NCBI GenBank assembly: GCA_029268085.1
Contig: JAJUHD010000001.1
Span: 18,502-82,501 of the forward strand
DNA from: Bacillota bacterium
GTDB taxonomy: Bacteria > Bacillota > Clostridia > Oscillospirales > Oscillospiraceae
Direction of reading: 5' to 3'
Length of the DNA: 64,000 nt
Part shown: positions 1-9,754 of the stretch, in pieces
Layout: each line of letters starts with the position of its first letter
Position numbering within the stretch: the first letter of the stretch is position 1
Made by a program: the position numbers and the translations under genes
Notes under the pieces: generated by a model
Databases searched by the model: none
Seen by the model: the letters and a program-made list of their open reading frames with translations, nothing else
Told to the model about the DNA's origin: nothing

Positions 1-1
1 G

Positions 2-1108
2 CAGGACTATCCCAATATCGAGCTTATCGTTTCAAACGACGGTTCGGACGATTTCAACGAGGACGAACTGATTGCCTATTTTAACAAAAACAGGACCGAA
101 AACATAAGCAAGATAATCATCAATAACAACGAGCGCAATATGGGCACCTGCAGGCATCTGAACAAGGTGAAATCGATGTCGCAGGGTAAATATATAATGT
201 TTCTCGCTGCGGACGACGCGCTGTACGACACAAAATCCATTTCCAATATCGTGCAGGCTTTTGCGGAAAACAGCGAACCGTATGCCGTCTGCGGAAACTG
301 CGGAATGTATGACGTAGAGCTTAAGGATTACTCGGAAATAGTTCCGAGAAAGGAAGTGAGGGACAAGCTGCTCGCGCTCTCTCCCATGGAGCTTTACAGG
401 GAAATTTCGACCGACATGTTCATCCCCACGGCGGCGACCACATACGCCGCAAAAGCCTTTGAAGACTTCGGTGATTTTGACGAGCGTGTATTTCTCATTG
501 AGGACTGGGCCTTCTTTTTGAAGATGCTGAGAAGCGGTCATAAGCCCTGCTATGTCGATGTGCTCGTATCAAAGCACAGGGACGGCGGCATATGCCACGG
601 CAACGAATCCGGAGTATCCGAAGGCGCAAAGCTTTTCCATAAAGACGAAATGGCAATTATGGAAATAGAGCTTCTTCCTTTTGAAAAAGAGCTGGGCAAA
701 TCTCTGCACAAAAAGCTGGTCAGAAGATACAAATATCTTAAGACGACTTGGTTTTCAAAATATGAAATGCAGGAAGCCACGACGGGAGAAAAAATAAGGT
801 TTTATATTAAAAACGGCGGTCCTGTATTATTGACAGCCCTATCGCGTATCAGGCATCATTTCCTCAACAGGATTCTCAATTCGTTTGCAGATTACAGGTT
901 CGTATGGAAAATACTCGTGCTATGTCTCTTGTATTATCTTGATTTTTCAAAAGTTCTCGGCCCCAAATACGCCCGCTTTGCAAGCGTGTTGTTTGGAGCC
1001 GCTGCCCTTATATACGGTCTGGCCTTTATTGCGTCAGTCGTAATTAAGGAGCTGTACAGGCTGTACCTACCTTTTAAGAAGTTGCTGAAAAAGCTTTTCC
1101 GGGAGTAA
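2..1108 (+). CDS. Family-2 (GT-A fold) glycosyltransferase, 5' end cut by the window edge, with a C-terminal membrane anchor
   Basis: The frame is open from nt 2 (QDYPNIELIVSNDGSDDFNEDE...), upstream of Met-140 given in the ORF track. GT2 hallmarks SNDGSDD and FLAADD (DxD) are present. Hydrophobic helices occupy the last ~80 aa. Confidence 0.8.
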   Translation, partial: QDYPNIELIVSNDGSDDFNEDELIAYFNKNRTENISKIIINNNERNMGTCRHLNKVKSMSQGKYIMFLAADDALYDTKSISNIVQAFAENSEPYAVCGNCGMYDVELKDYSEIVPRKEVRDKLLALSPMELYREISTDMFIPTAATTYAAKAFEDFGDFDERVFLIEDWAFFLKMLRSGHKPCYVDVLVSKHRDGGICHGNESGVSEGAKLFHKDEMAIMEIELLPFEKELGKSLHKKLVRRYKYLKTTWFSKYEMQEATTGEKIRFYIKNGGPVLLTALSRIRHHFLNRILNSFADYRFVWKILVLCLLYYLDFSKVLGPKYARFASVLFGAAALIYGLAFIASVVIKELYRLYLPFKKLLKKLFRE

Positions 1109-1111
1109 AAT

Positions 1112-2098
1112 ATGAATGTATTTCCATATCAAAATGAGCTTAAGACGCTCTGGGACAGGTTTGTGTCGGAAAACTCTGTCAACGGCACCTTTTTGCATTC
1201 GAGAAGATTTCTTGAGTACCACGGGCCGGAAAAATTCATGGACTGCTCGGTTTTGATAGGCACCGCAAAATCGGACATTTGGGCGGTCGTCCCGGCCTGC
1301 AGAAGCCTAAGCGACGGGAAAGTTACCTTTTTCTCGCATCCGGGCAGCACTTACGGCGGCATAGTAGCCGAAAAAATAAGATATAACCTCGAGGATATGA
1401 CGGCCATAATTGACGCTCTTGAGGATTATATAAAGTCAAACGGATTTGAAAAAGCCGTGCTTAAGCTGACGCCGGACATCTTTTCGGCCGCCTCGACGGA
1501 TCTGCATCAGTATCTTTTGACTTATCGGGGCTTTTCCCATTATTCCGAGCTGAGTGCATATATAGATTATCCGTCATACGGCAGCGACATACTGGGGCAC
1601 ATGAACAACGCCAGAAGGCGCAAGCTTAAGAAGTGCCTCGAGCAGAACCTGCGCTTTGAAATGATTTCTTTGGATAAGGACGTAGCCGAATTCTATGAAA
1701 TTTTGAAGGAAAACCTTGAAAAGCACGGCGCAAAACCCGTTCACACCCTTGACGAGCTGCTTGACTTTAAGAACGGTCGGCTTCCCGATATCGTGGACTT
1801 TTACGGGGTGTTTCTAGGAGACCGGATGATAGCTGGAGCGATGAGCTTTAATTTCAGGGAGAGAAACGTGCTGCACATTCAGTACAGCGGAGCGCTTCAG
1901 GAGTACAACAAGCTGACCCCCATGTCGTTTTTGTTTTATAATTTGATAAAAAGCGGAATGGAGCGAGGCTTCTCCAGGCTGTCCTGGGGGATATCGACGG
2001 AAAAACAAGGAAAGATCCTGAATTTAAATCTTGCCCAGACAAAGGAATCCTACGGAAGCGTTTTCACGCTTAACCGTACTTTTTACAAGGAATATTGA
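1112..2098 (+). CDS. FemAB-like / GNAT-fold acyl- or aminoacyl-transferase (BioF2-like acetyltransferase domain)
   Basis: 328 aa, with the size and two-lobed layout of FemAB/PF13480-type proteins found in glycan loci. It starts 4 nt after the upstream stop, behind a GGGAG RBS. The family call is from recollection of sequence style only. Confidence 0.5.
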   Translation: MNVFPYQNELKTLWDRFVSENSVNGTFLHSRRFLEYHGPEKFMDCSVLIGTAKSDIWAVVPACRSLSDGKVTFFSHPGSTYGGIVAEKIRYNLEDMTAIIDALEDYIKSNGFEKAVLKLTPDIFSAASTDLHQYLLTYRGFSHYSELSAYIDYPSYGSDILGHMNNARRRKLKKCLEQNLRFEMISLDKDVAEFYEILKENLEKHGAKPVHTLDELLDFKNGRLPDIVDFYGVFLGDRMIAGAMSFNFRERNVLHIQYSGALQEYNKLTPMSFLFYNLIKSGMERGFSRLSWGISTEKQGKILNLNLAQTKESYGSVFTLNRTFYKEY

Positions 2099-2110
2099 GC
2101 TGGTGAAAAC

Positions 2111-3076
2111 ATGAAGGAATACGGCGGCTACCTGCCTTTGGAACTGCCCAGAAAAAGAGAATATTTTTCGGAAAACAAGCATGACTTCATAAGGCTGAAT
2201 TGCGGCCGGTCCGCTATTTATTGCGCCCTGAGGGACGCGAAACCTTCAAAAGTCTATATACCGTACTACAACTGCGCCACGGTCGAGGAGCCATTTGTCA
2301 GGCTCGGGATACCGTATAGCTTCTATAAAATAGACCGGGATTTCCTGCCTGTGGACGTGGCTCTTAAGGACAATGAATATCTCCTGTACGTCAATTACTA
2401 CGGAATTGCTGACAGCGAAAAAATAAGCCTTGTGCTGAACAGGTACGGGCGTGTGTTCTTCGATAATACCCAGGCCTTCTTTGCCGATCCTGTCGAGGAT
2501 GCCTACAATATATATTCCTGCAGAAAATTCTTCGGCGTGAGCGACGGGGCCTACCTGTTGAAAAGAGGCATAAAGCCGATAGAGCTTCCGCAGGATTCTT
2601 CTTGTGAAAGAATGCTCTTTACAATGAAATGCATAGAGCAAACGACCAACGACGCATACAGGGAGCATTTGGAGAACGAGGCGGTTTTCGCGAAAGAGCC
2701 GATGCTTATGTCGCGCCTGACGCAGAGGATACTCTCGTCCGTCGATTATCCGTCGGTCCGGAGGCAGAGATACAGGAATTTTCTGTGCCTGCATAAAATT
2801 CTGGGCGGGAAAAACCTTCTTGCCGTCAACATTGAAAGTCGGACTCCCGTTGCCTACCCGCTGCTCATAAAAAACGACGGCTTGAGGCGGAGGCTGATAG
2901 AAAAAAAGGTCTATGTGCCCTGCTGGTGGAAGCATGTCATGGATAAAACCGAGCCCGCAGACTGCGAATACGAGCTTTCGCGCTATCTGCTACCTCTGCC
3001 CATAGACCAGAGATATTCAGTTGGTGACATGGAGGAGCTGGCGGAGATTGTTTTGGAAAGCGCGGTGGAATCATGA
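2111..3076 (+). CDS. Short DegT/WecE-like PLP-fold protein (atypical, function unclear)
   Basis: 321 aa. The N-terminal GRSAIYCAL...VYIPYYNC block and mid-protein FDNTQAF / FFGVSDGAYL resemble sugar aminotransferase-fold proteins. I could not point to a clear PLP-lysine block. It overlaps the formyltransferase gene by 4 nt (ATGA). Confidence 0.4.
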   Translation: MKEYGGYLPLELPRKREYFSENKHDFIRLNCGRSAIYCALRDAKPSKVYIPYYNCATVEEPFVRLGIPYSFYKIDRDFLPVDVALKDNEYLLYVNYYGIADSEKISLVLNRYGRVFFDNTQAFFADPVEDAYNIYSCRKFFGVSDGAYLLKRGIKPIELPQDSSCERMLFTMKCIEQTTNDAYREHLENEAVFAKEPMLMSRLTQRILSSVDYPSVRRQRYRNFLCLHKILGGKNLLAVNIESRTPVAYPLLIKNDGLRRRLIEKKVYVPCWWKHVMDKTEPADCEYELSRYLLPLPIDQRYSVGDMEELAEIVLESAVES

Positions 3077-3924
3077 GAGAGATTATTTTTTCAGGTGAAA
3101 AGGAGCTTGGCTGCTGGTGTCTTAAATCCATTCAAAAGAGCTTTGACAGGATATATATTCTTGACAACGGGGACAAGGCCGTTCTGGCCCTTAAACGTCC
3201 GCAGGACACGCTGATTAAAGAATTCGATGAGGCAGACTGTCCCTATGTTTTTTTAGGCGGGCATTCCCCTCTCATCAAAAAAGAGGCGCTTGAGAAAAAA
3301 ACCTACATTAATATCCACGGAGCGCTGCTTCCGAGATTTAGAGGGATGCATTCCATATTCTGGGCCATAATGAACTTTGAGGAAGAGGTCGGGATGACGG
3401 TTCACCTGGTGGACGAATATATGGATTCCGGAGATATAATACACCAGTTCAGATTTGCCTATAAAGAGCAGCCTATGCGGGAAATATTCAAGATGTTTTA
3501 TGAACGCATATATAATGAGCTTGACTGTGTTTTGGCGGACTATCTGGACGGGAAAATAACCCCGACCCCGCAGAACAAGGAAGAAGCTCTTTGGGGATGC
3601 AGGCGCAACCTGGACGACTGCCTTATAGATTTCAACTGGGATAACAGAATAATAAACCGTTTTTTCAAGGCGCTAACAGAGCCTTACCCCCTGCCCAGAA
3701 TCCTGGTTAGGGGCAAAATTTACGAGGTTATAGACTATAAGCTGGTTTCCAGGGAGTATTTTGTAACCGTGGGACGATGCCTGAACGTAGACGAGGAAGG
3801 CGCCTGGATCAAGACTAAAGAGGGTTTTCTCGTAGTGAACAAATTGCGCGACGTCGAGGATAACAAAATAGTTTATGCGAGGGACACAATACCCATCGGT
3901 TATCGTTTCAAAAGCAGGATGTAA
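3073..3924 (+). CDS. Sugar N-formyltransferase (Fmt/PurN fold, N10-formyl-THF dependent)
   Basis: NIHGALLPRFRGMHSIFWAI matches the formyltransferase N-x-H-x-SLLP-x-xRG catalytic loop. The downstream VDEYMDSGDII supplies the conserved Asp. 283 aa with an extra C-terminal domain, as in sugar N-formyltransferases. Confidence 0.8.
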   Translation: MREIIFSGEKELGCWCLKSIQKSFDRIYILDNGDKAVLALKRPQDTLIKEFDEADCPYVFLGGHSPLIKKEALEKKTYINIHGALLPRFRGMHSIFWAIMNFEEEVGMTVHLVDEYMDSGDIIHQFRFAYKEQPMREIFKMFYERIYNELDCVLADYLDGKITPTPQNKEEALWGCRRNLDDCLIDFNWDNRIINRFFKALTEPYPLPRILVRGKIYEVIDYKLVSREYFVTVGRCLNVDEEGAWIKTKEGFLVVNKLRDVEDNKIVYARDTIPIGYRFKSRM

Positions 3925-3926
3925 GC

Positions 3927-4346
3927 ATGAAAAACGTAAAAACGATTAATTTCAGAAATATAGGAGACGAATCCGGCTACCTTACGCCCATTGAAGCCGA
4001 ACGCGACATACCGTTCGGCATAAAACGCGTTTATTATATCACCGGCGTGAGAAGCGGCGAGCGGAGAGGCTTCCACTCGCACAGGGATCTGCATCAGCTG
4101 CTGATATGCGTCTCTGGATCGGTAAAAATACTTGTTAAAACTCCCTTCGAGGAAAAAATTATAATTCTGGACAAGCCTTATGAGGGCCTGTATATCGGGC
4201 CTATGATATGGCGGGAAATGTTCGACTTTTCCGAGGGCAGCGCGCTTGTGGTTTTGGCGTCGGAGCATTATTCGGAAGACGACTACATCAGAGATTATCC
4301 GCAATATGAAAAGGAAGCGAGAGAGTACTGGTCCAAGCGGAGCTGA
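3927..4346 (+). CDS. dTDP-4-keto-6-deoxyhexose 3,4-ketoisomerase (FdtA/QdtA, WxcM-like cupin)
   Basis: 139 aa. GYLTPIE...IPFGIKRVYYI...RRGFHSHRDLHQLLICVSGSV is the typical WxcM/FdtA cupin core with the His pair. It starts 3 nt after the formyltransferase stop. Confidence 0.8.
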   Translation: MKNVKTINFRNIGDESGYLTPIEAERDIPFGIKRVYYITGVRSGERRGFHSHRDLHQLLICVSGSVKILVKTPFEEKIIILDKPYEGLYIGPMIWREMFDFSEGSALVVLASEHYSEDDYIRDYPQYEKEAREYWSKRS

Positions 4347-4393
4347 ACGCGTGCTGCGGATTGAAAAAACATACGATAAGGAATTGAGGCCGA

Positions 4394-5857
4394 ATGAAGT
4401 TGAATAGGATGAATTTCAGCCGATTTATCTATTTTAAGGAATTATCGGAAGAATTACTGAAGCTCGACAAGAGAATATTGAAGGGAAAAGCGCCGGAAAT
4501 AATAAAAGAGCTGGATTTTCAGGCCGAACGCATATTTCGAAGGCAAAAAGGCGGATTTTGGGACATTACGGATGGGGACAAGGTTTTTATAGGCTTTCTG
4601 AAAGAGCTTGCCCGCTCTCTTCAGAGCGGAAATCCATGCAATTCCGTCGAAGAACTGCTCAGAAAGGCGGAGTCGCTGCGTGAGGAGAGGTTGAAAATAG
4701 TTTTTCTGGCACAGGAGAGCGTATGCTGGCCGTCGCTGGAGAGCTTTTACCATTCCTGCGTCAAAGATGAGCGGTTCAATACCGATTTGGTATATGTTCC
4801 GTTTGAACACGCCAACTCGAACTCCGATGTCGATTATTTCAAGGCCTATACCGAAGAGCTCAAGCTGCCGATAATAAGGCACAATGAATACAGCGTTTCG
4901 GAGGAGAGCCCCGATCTCGCCGTTTTCGTCAAGCCATATGACTGTATACCTATTCAATATCATATTGACGCCATCCATAAGGTCGTGGAGCGGTCGGTAT
5001 ATATAAGATACGGCTTTGAGATAGCCGACTACAACGTCGATCTGCATTTCAAGCTGCCGCTCGAGCATAAGGCCTGGCGTTTCATAGCCTACGGAAAGCT
5101 TGTCAAAGAGCTTGCCGCCAAACACGGATACAGAAACGGGGAAAATGTCGCCGTCTGGGGACATCCCAGAGCCGATATGTATAGAGATTTGCCGGAAAAG
5201 AAAAAAACGCTGCCCAAGGAACTGACGGAGAAAATAAAAAACCGGAAAACAGTGCTCTGGAACACGCAGCATACGATAATGCCCGGATTTGGAGCCGGAA
5301 CATACTTTCAGTGGAAAGATGAGATTTTCAAATACTTTAAGGACAATCAGGATATGTTTCTGCTTTGGAGGCCTCATCCGCTTATGTTCGGCGCCATAGT
5401 GAACAACGGTTTTATGACCAGGGAGGAGTTGGACGCCTTTGTCAGAGAACTTTCCGCGGAGGACAACATATTAGTAGACCAGAGCACAGATTACAGAAAC
5501 GCTTTCTACGCTTCAGACGCCATCGTTACCGACGGGACCGCTTTCTTCCTTGAGTACCTCTATACGGGAAACCCTCTTCTTTACACGCCGAAAAAAGGCG
5601 GAGGCAGCATCTACAACGCGGAAGAGATTATGAAAGGCCTCTATGTGGCCCGCGAACCGAACGATGTAAAAAACTTTTTGGACATGGTAAGGGAAGGGCG
5701 GGACCCCATGAAAGATGAGAGGGATAAGCTGAAGAACGAGCTTTTATATGTGCCCGAGAATAAGAGCGTCGGACAGAATATAGTCGACAATATCGCAAAG
5801 GAACTGACAGAAGAAGAAAAGAGGAAGGCCACATCCTTTTTTGAGGGTTTAAGATGA
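4394..5857 (+). CDS. CDP-glycerol glycerophosphotransferase (TagB/TagF family)
   Basis: 487 aa. The C-terminal block FYASDAIVTDGTAFFLEYLYTGNPLLY resembles the TagF-family signature, and WGHPR / WRPHP are His-containing loops. It overlaps tagD by ATGA. Confidence 0.7.
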   Translation: MKLNRMNFSRFIYFKELSEELLKLDKRILKGKAPEIIKELDFQAERIFRRQKGGFWDITDGDKVFIGFLKELARSLQSGNPCNSVEELLRKAESLREERLKIVFLAQESVCWPSLESFYHSCVKDERFNTDLVYVPFEHANSNSDVDYFKAYTEELKLPIIRHNEYSVSEESPDLAVFVKPYDCIPIQYHIDAIHKVVERSVYIRYGFEIADYNVDLHFKLPLEHKAWRFIAYGKLVKELAAKHGYRNGENVAVWGHPRADMYRDLPEKKKTLPKELTEKIKNRKTVLWNTQHTIMPGFGAGTYFQWKDEIFKYFKDNQDMFLLWRPHPLMFGAIVNNGFMTREELDAFVRELSAEDNILVDQSTDYRNAFYASDAIVTDGTAFFLEYLYTGNPLLYTPKKGGGSIYNAEEIMKGLYVAREPNDVKNFLDMVREGRDPMKDERDKLKNELLYVPENKSVGQNIVDNIAKELTEEEKRKATSFFEGLR

Positions 5858-6279
5858 AAAAATACAAAATCGGTTATATCCCGGGCACATTCGACTTGTT
5901 TCACATCGGACATCTAAATCTTATCAGAAATGCGCGGCAGTACTGCGACAAACTGATTTGCGCCGTCTCAACGGACGAGGTTGTCGAATCCCACAAAAAC
6001 AAAAGGCCCGTCATACCCTTTGAAGAAAGAATAGAAATCGTCCGCGCCATACGCTATGTGGACGAGGCGGTGCCCCAGACGAATCAGGACAAATACGCGC
6101 AGTGGAAGGAATACGGCTTCGACGCGATATTTGGGGGAAGCGACCTTCTCGGCACTCCGAAATGGCTTGCTTATGAGGCCGAGCTAAAGCCTGAGGGAGT
6201 AGACTTCATATATTTCGAGTACACAAAAACCACCTCGTCCACACTTATTACTAAAGTTCTGAAAACCTTGGGGGAATAG
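5854..6279 (+). CDS. tagD: Glycerol-3-phosphate cytidylyltransferase
   Basis: 141 aa. GTFDLFHIGHLNLI is the cytidylyltransferase HxGH motif. Length and sequence are close to canonical TagD. Confidence 0.9.
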   Translation: MKKYKIGYIPGTFDLFHIGHLNLIRNARQYCDKLICAVSTDEVVESHKNKRPVIPFEERIEIVRAIRYVDEAVPQTNQDKYAQWKEYGFDAIFGGSDLLGTPKWLAYEAELKPEGVDFIYFEYTKTTSSTLITKVLKTLGE

Positions 6280-6281
6280 GC

Positions 6282-7478
6282 ATGGCAAACGGCGTTTTGG
6301 AATATAACGAGAAACAGCTTGTGCTTCAGGCAAAAATGGGAATTAGGGGAAAATATAAAATATATCCCGAACGTATTTATTTGAACCTTACGAACAGATG
6401 CAACTTATACTGCGTCATGTGTTCCCACACCTCAAAGGATTATAAAAACAAGACCTACGATGACGCCCTGCCCTTCAGCACTACGCTTGAAGACATAAAG
6501 CGCCTGTTCGAGGGCGGAAATTTCCCGGACGAGCTGCGGCAAAAGCCGATAGAGTTCTGTTCGTTCTCGGGAGAAACATTTTTGAATGTCAATATTTATG
6601 AAATATTCAGGTACATAAAAGAAGAGTTGCCCTGCTCGAGAATTGCGGTTACATCAAACGGAACTATACCGCCCGTGCGGGACGACATAGTAAAGTATAT
6701 CGACAAGCTTGCGTTTTCGGTGGACGGCAGCACAAAGGAAACCTATGAGGCCATAAGGACTCCCGCCAGCTTTGAAAAGGCAAAAGCCGCGATGGCAAGA
6801 TGGTATGAGGCAAAGCTGAAGCACGAAAGCGAAATAAGCTTCGGCTTCAATGTATGCCTGAGCGGGCTTAACATCCGAGAGCTGCCGGGCATCGTCAGGC
6901 TTGCGCACGAACTGTGCAGGGTCGAAAACGTTTACTGCCAGCCGCTGATTACATACGATAAAACCAAAGAGCTTAAAAAATACGAGCTGAACAATATAGA
7001 TGTCAGGGAAGCGAGGAAGTACCTTGAGGAAGCGGTGAACGCGGCAAGGGATTTAGGCGTTAGGCTCGATATTCAGCAATCCATATGGGATCTGTTGGAC
7101 GACTCCAAGATAACGGAAAACAACAAGCTCGCCGTCGACTTTACAAAGAATCGATACTGTCAGAATCTGCGCTCAAACAGCCTGGTGCTGACGCATGACA
7201 GCAAGCTCAGGTATCTTTGTTCGTTCATGCATATGGACCAGCAGAGGGAGCTGATGAACAAATATAACATTCCTGCCGGCGGAAACATGATGGATCTGCT
7301 CAATTCGCCGCAAATGTGGAAGCTCAGGAAAGACTTTATTGAAGGCAAATGCCTCGGGTATTGCGGAAAGTGCCTTTACGGCCAGTCCGGCTACAATCAG
7401 CTCTCGACATCAAAAATCCCCGAAGAGGTAAAGGACGAAGGATTTTTGGCAGGATTGCTGTCGCGCTTCAAAAAATAG
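6282..7478 (+). CDS. Radical SAM enzyme with a Cys-rich SPASM-like C-terminal extension
   Basis: NLTNRCNLYCVMC is the CxxxCxxC radical-SAM cluster motif. A further Cys cluster lies near the C-terminus (C-x-YCGKC). It starts 3 nt after tagD. Confidence 0.85.
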   Translation: MANGVLEYNEKQLVLQAKMGIRGKYKIYPERIYLNLTNRCNLYCVMCSHTSKDYKNKTYDDALPFSTTLEDIKRLFEGGNFPDELRQKPIEFCSFSGETFLNVNIYEIFRYIKEELPCSRIAVTSNGTIPPVRDDIVKYIDKLAFSVDGSTKETYEAIRTPASFEKAKAAMARWYEAKLKHESEISFGFNVCLSGLNIRELPGIVRLAHELCRVENVYCQPLITYDKTKELKKYELNNIDVREARKYLEEAVNAARDLGVRLDIQQSIWDLLDDSKITENNKLAVDFTKNRYCQNLRSNSLVLTHDSKLRYLCSFMHMDQQRELMNKYNIPAGGNMMDLLNSPQMWKLRKDFIEGKCLGYCGKCLYGQSGYNQLSTSKIPEEVKDEGFLAGLLSRFKK

Positions 7479-7493
7479 TATTGGAGAGAGCAT

Positions 7494-8591
7494 ATGAAAA
7501 TACCTTTTTCAACATTTGAGCATATGCATAACAGCATAAAGCCCGAGATGACGGCGGCTTTCGAACGCTGCTATAATAAAGGCTGGTTTATTCAGGGAGA
7601 AGAATACGATGCCTTTGAGCGCGAATTTGCAGCTTACTGCGGCGCAAAATACGGAGTCGGAGTCGGAAACGGCATGGACGCCATTTACCTTATTCTGCGA
7701 GGCCTGGACATCGGCGAGGGGGACGAGGTCATAGTGCCCTCGCATACTTTCATTGCAACGGCCCTGGCCGTAATATACGCAGGGGCCACCCCTGTTTTCT
7801 GCGAGGTGGACGAGGAAAGCTTCAACATAGACCCCGAAAAAATTCCCGCCTGCATTACTGAAAAGACAAGGGCCATAATAGCCGTGCACCTTTACGGTCA
7901 GACTGCCGACATGGACAGGATAAACGAGATAGCCAAACAAAAGGGACTGTATGTAATAGAAGACGCGGCGCAATCGCACGGCGCGCTGTACAAAGGAAAG
8001 AGGGCAGGCGCTTTGAGCGATGCGGCCGCTTTCAGCTTTTATCCGGGCAAAAATCTGGGGGCGCTAGGAGACGGCGGCGCGGTGGTGACCGACAACAAGG
8101 AGCTTGCGGATAAAATACACGCGCTTTGCTGCTACGGCTCCGTAAAAAAGTATGTCCACATATATAAAGGAGTCAACTCCAGGCTTGATGAAATGCAGGC
8201 GGCTTTTCTGAGAGTCAAATTAAGGCATCTGGACGAGTGGACGGAGGAAAGGAAAATTACGGCCGAAAAGTATTCGCGCCTTATAACAAACCCTTTGATA
8301 AAGCTTCCAAGGGTACAAGAGGACTGCGAACACGTCTGGTATGTATACGCGATACGCTGCCGCGAGAGGGACAGGCTGCAGAAGCATCTTGAGGAAAGAG
8401 GAATAGGCACTATAATACATTATCCCATACCTATGCATCTGCACGAAGCCTTTCGCGATATGGGATACAAAAAGGGAGACTATAAAACCGCCGAGGAAAT
8501 TTCGGATACAGTCTTAAGCATACCCTTGTATATTGGCATGGGCGACGAGGAAATAAAATATGTGGCTGATTCCATAAACAGCTTCAGATAG
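7494..8591 (+). CDS. DegT/DnrJ/EryC1/StrS-family NDP-sugar aminotransferase (FdtB/QdtB-type candidate)
   Basis: 365 aa with blocks [24 protein letters not shown] and [17 protein letters not shown] (PLP-Lys context). It is the pathway partner of the ketoisomerase and formyltransferase upstream. Confidence 0.9.
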   Translation: MKIPFSTFEHMHNSIKPEMTAAFERCYNKGWFIQGEEYDAFEREFAAYCGAKYGVGVGNGMDAIYLILRGLDIGEGDEVIVPSHTFIATALAVIYAGATPVFCEVDEESFNIDPEKIPACITEKTRAIIAVHLYGQTADMDRINEIAKQKGLYVIEDAAQSHGALYKGKRAGALSDAAAFSFYPGKNLGALGDGGAVVTDNKELADKIHALCCYGSVKKYVHIYKGVNSRLDEMQAAFLRVKLRHLDEWTEERKITAEKYSRLITNPLIKLPRVQEDCEHVWYVYAIRCRERDRLQKHLEERGIGTIIHYPIPMHLHEAFRDMGYKKGDYKTAEEISDTVLSIPLYIGMGDEEIKYVADSINSFR

Positions 8592-8689
8592 AAGGCGCCT
8601 CCTCTATTTTAGCTGCGCAGACAATTATTTCTTTTGCTTTTCGGTTGATTTTATGGAACCATAAAGCGGAGGAACATTTGGGGAACGAT

Positions 8690-9742
8690 ATGGATTATTT
8701 GAACGGATTGATAAGGATATCAAACTATGCCGGCATACGTCAGGACATAGTGCAGGCCGGAGGCGGTAATTCCTCCGTCAAGATTTCGGACAAGGTGATG
8801 CTGATAAAATCTTCGGGATTCCAATTGGCTGAAATGACGCCGGAGAGCGGGTATTCTGAGGTGAATTATAAAATAATTGCCGACTATTTCCTGAATTTAA
8901 GTAATGAATTTGAGAAGAGAACAGAAAAAGAGCTTCTGGAAACAGCGTATTTAAGAGGCGGGCGCCCTTCAATAGAAACTTTTTTGCATTCGATAACGGG
9001 CACCTTCACTCTTCATACGCATCCCGTCGTAGTCAATGCTCTTGTCTCGCGCTGCGGAGGGATGGAGACGCTTAAAAGCATCTTTCCGGACGCTTTTTTT
9101 ACAGGATACGCAAAGCCGGGCATGGAGCTTGCTGAAGAGTATTTTTCCGCCTATATGTCGCAGAGGGAAAGCGACAAAGACGTGGCCGAGGTAGTCTTCC
9201 TGAAGAATCACGGTCTTATCGTTAGCGCCGAAACCCCTGAAGAGGTTATCGAAAAGCATGAAGCCGTTCTGAAAACGATCGAGAAGCATTTGGATTGCGA
9301 TATGTCAGCGTTCCATAACGCAACATATTTGAATCAATCGCTGGAGAGCATATACGGACATGGCGTGGTGTGGACTGTAAACGACAAGCATGTTCTGGAC
9401 GAGTTCCGGCGCAGCGACGGGAAAATGTGGAATTACGGTTTTTGTCCCGATTGCCTGGTTTACTGCGGCAAGGCCCCGCTTATTATTGAAGACGAGAATC
9501 CTGCGTCTGCGGTAAAAGAGCATCAAATCAGATTCGGCAAACCTTCTGTTATAGTTTATAAGGGCAATATATACATATATGCCGCTTCTATGAAGAAGGC
9601 GCTGGAGACTCAAGCCGTCCTCAGCTTCAGCGCCCAGGTTTCCGCGCTGAACTCGGGGCGCCGGTGCGAGTTTCTTTGCGAAGAAGATCAGAACCGGATT
9701 TTGAACTGGGAAAGCGAGAAGTATCGGCAAAACATCAGGTGA
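8690..9742 (+). CDS. Class II aldolase/adducin-head-domain protein with a C-terminal extension
   Basis: QAGGGNSSVK, TLHTHP and VVFLKNHGLIV resemble the N-terminal aldolase-like domain of RhaD-type bifunctional proteins. I prefer ATG 8690 over the TTG 8645 of the ORF track; the start is uncertain. Confidence 0.6.
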   Translation: MDYLNGLIRISNYAGIRQDIVQAGGGNSSVKISDKVMLIKSSGFQLAEMTPESGYSEVNYKIIADYFLNLSNEFEKRTEKELLETAYLRGGRPSIETFLHSITGTFTLHTHPVVVNALVSRCGGMETLKSIFPDAFFTGYAKPGMELAEEYFSAYMSQRESDKDVAEVVFLKNHGLIVSAETPEEVIEKHEAVLKTIEKHLDCDMSAFHNATYLNQSLESIYGHGVVWTVNDKHVLDEFRRSDGKMWNYGFCPDCLVYCGKAPLIIEDENPASAVKEHQIRFGKPSVIVYKGNIYIYAASMKKALETQAVLSFSAQVSALNSGRRCEFLCEEDQNRILNWESEKYRQNIR

Positions 9743-9754
9743 CGAGGGGAAAAC

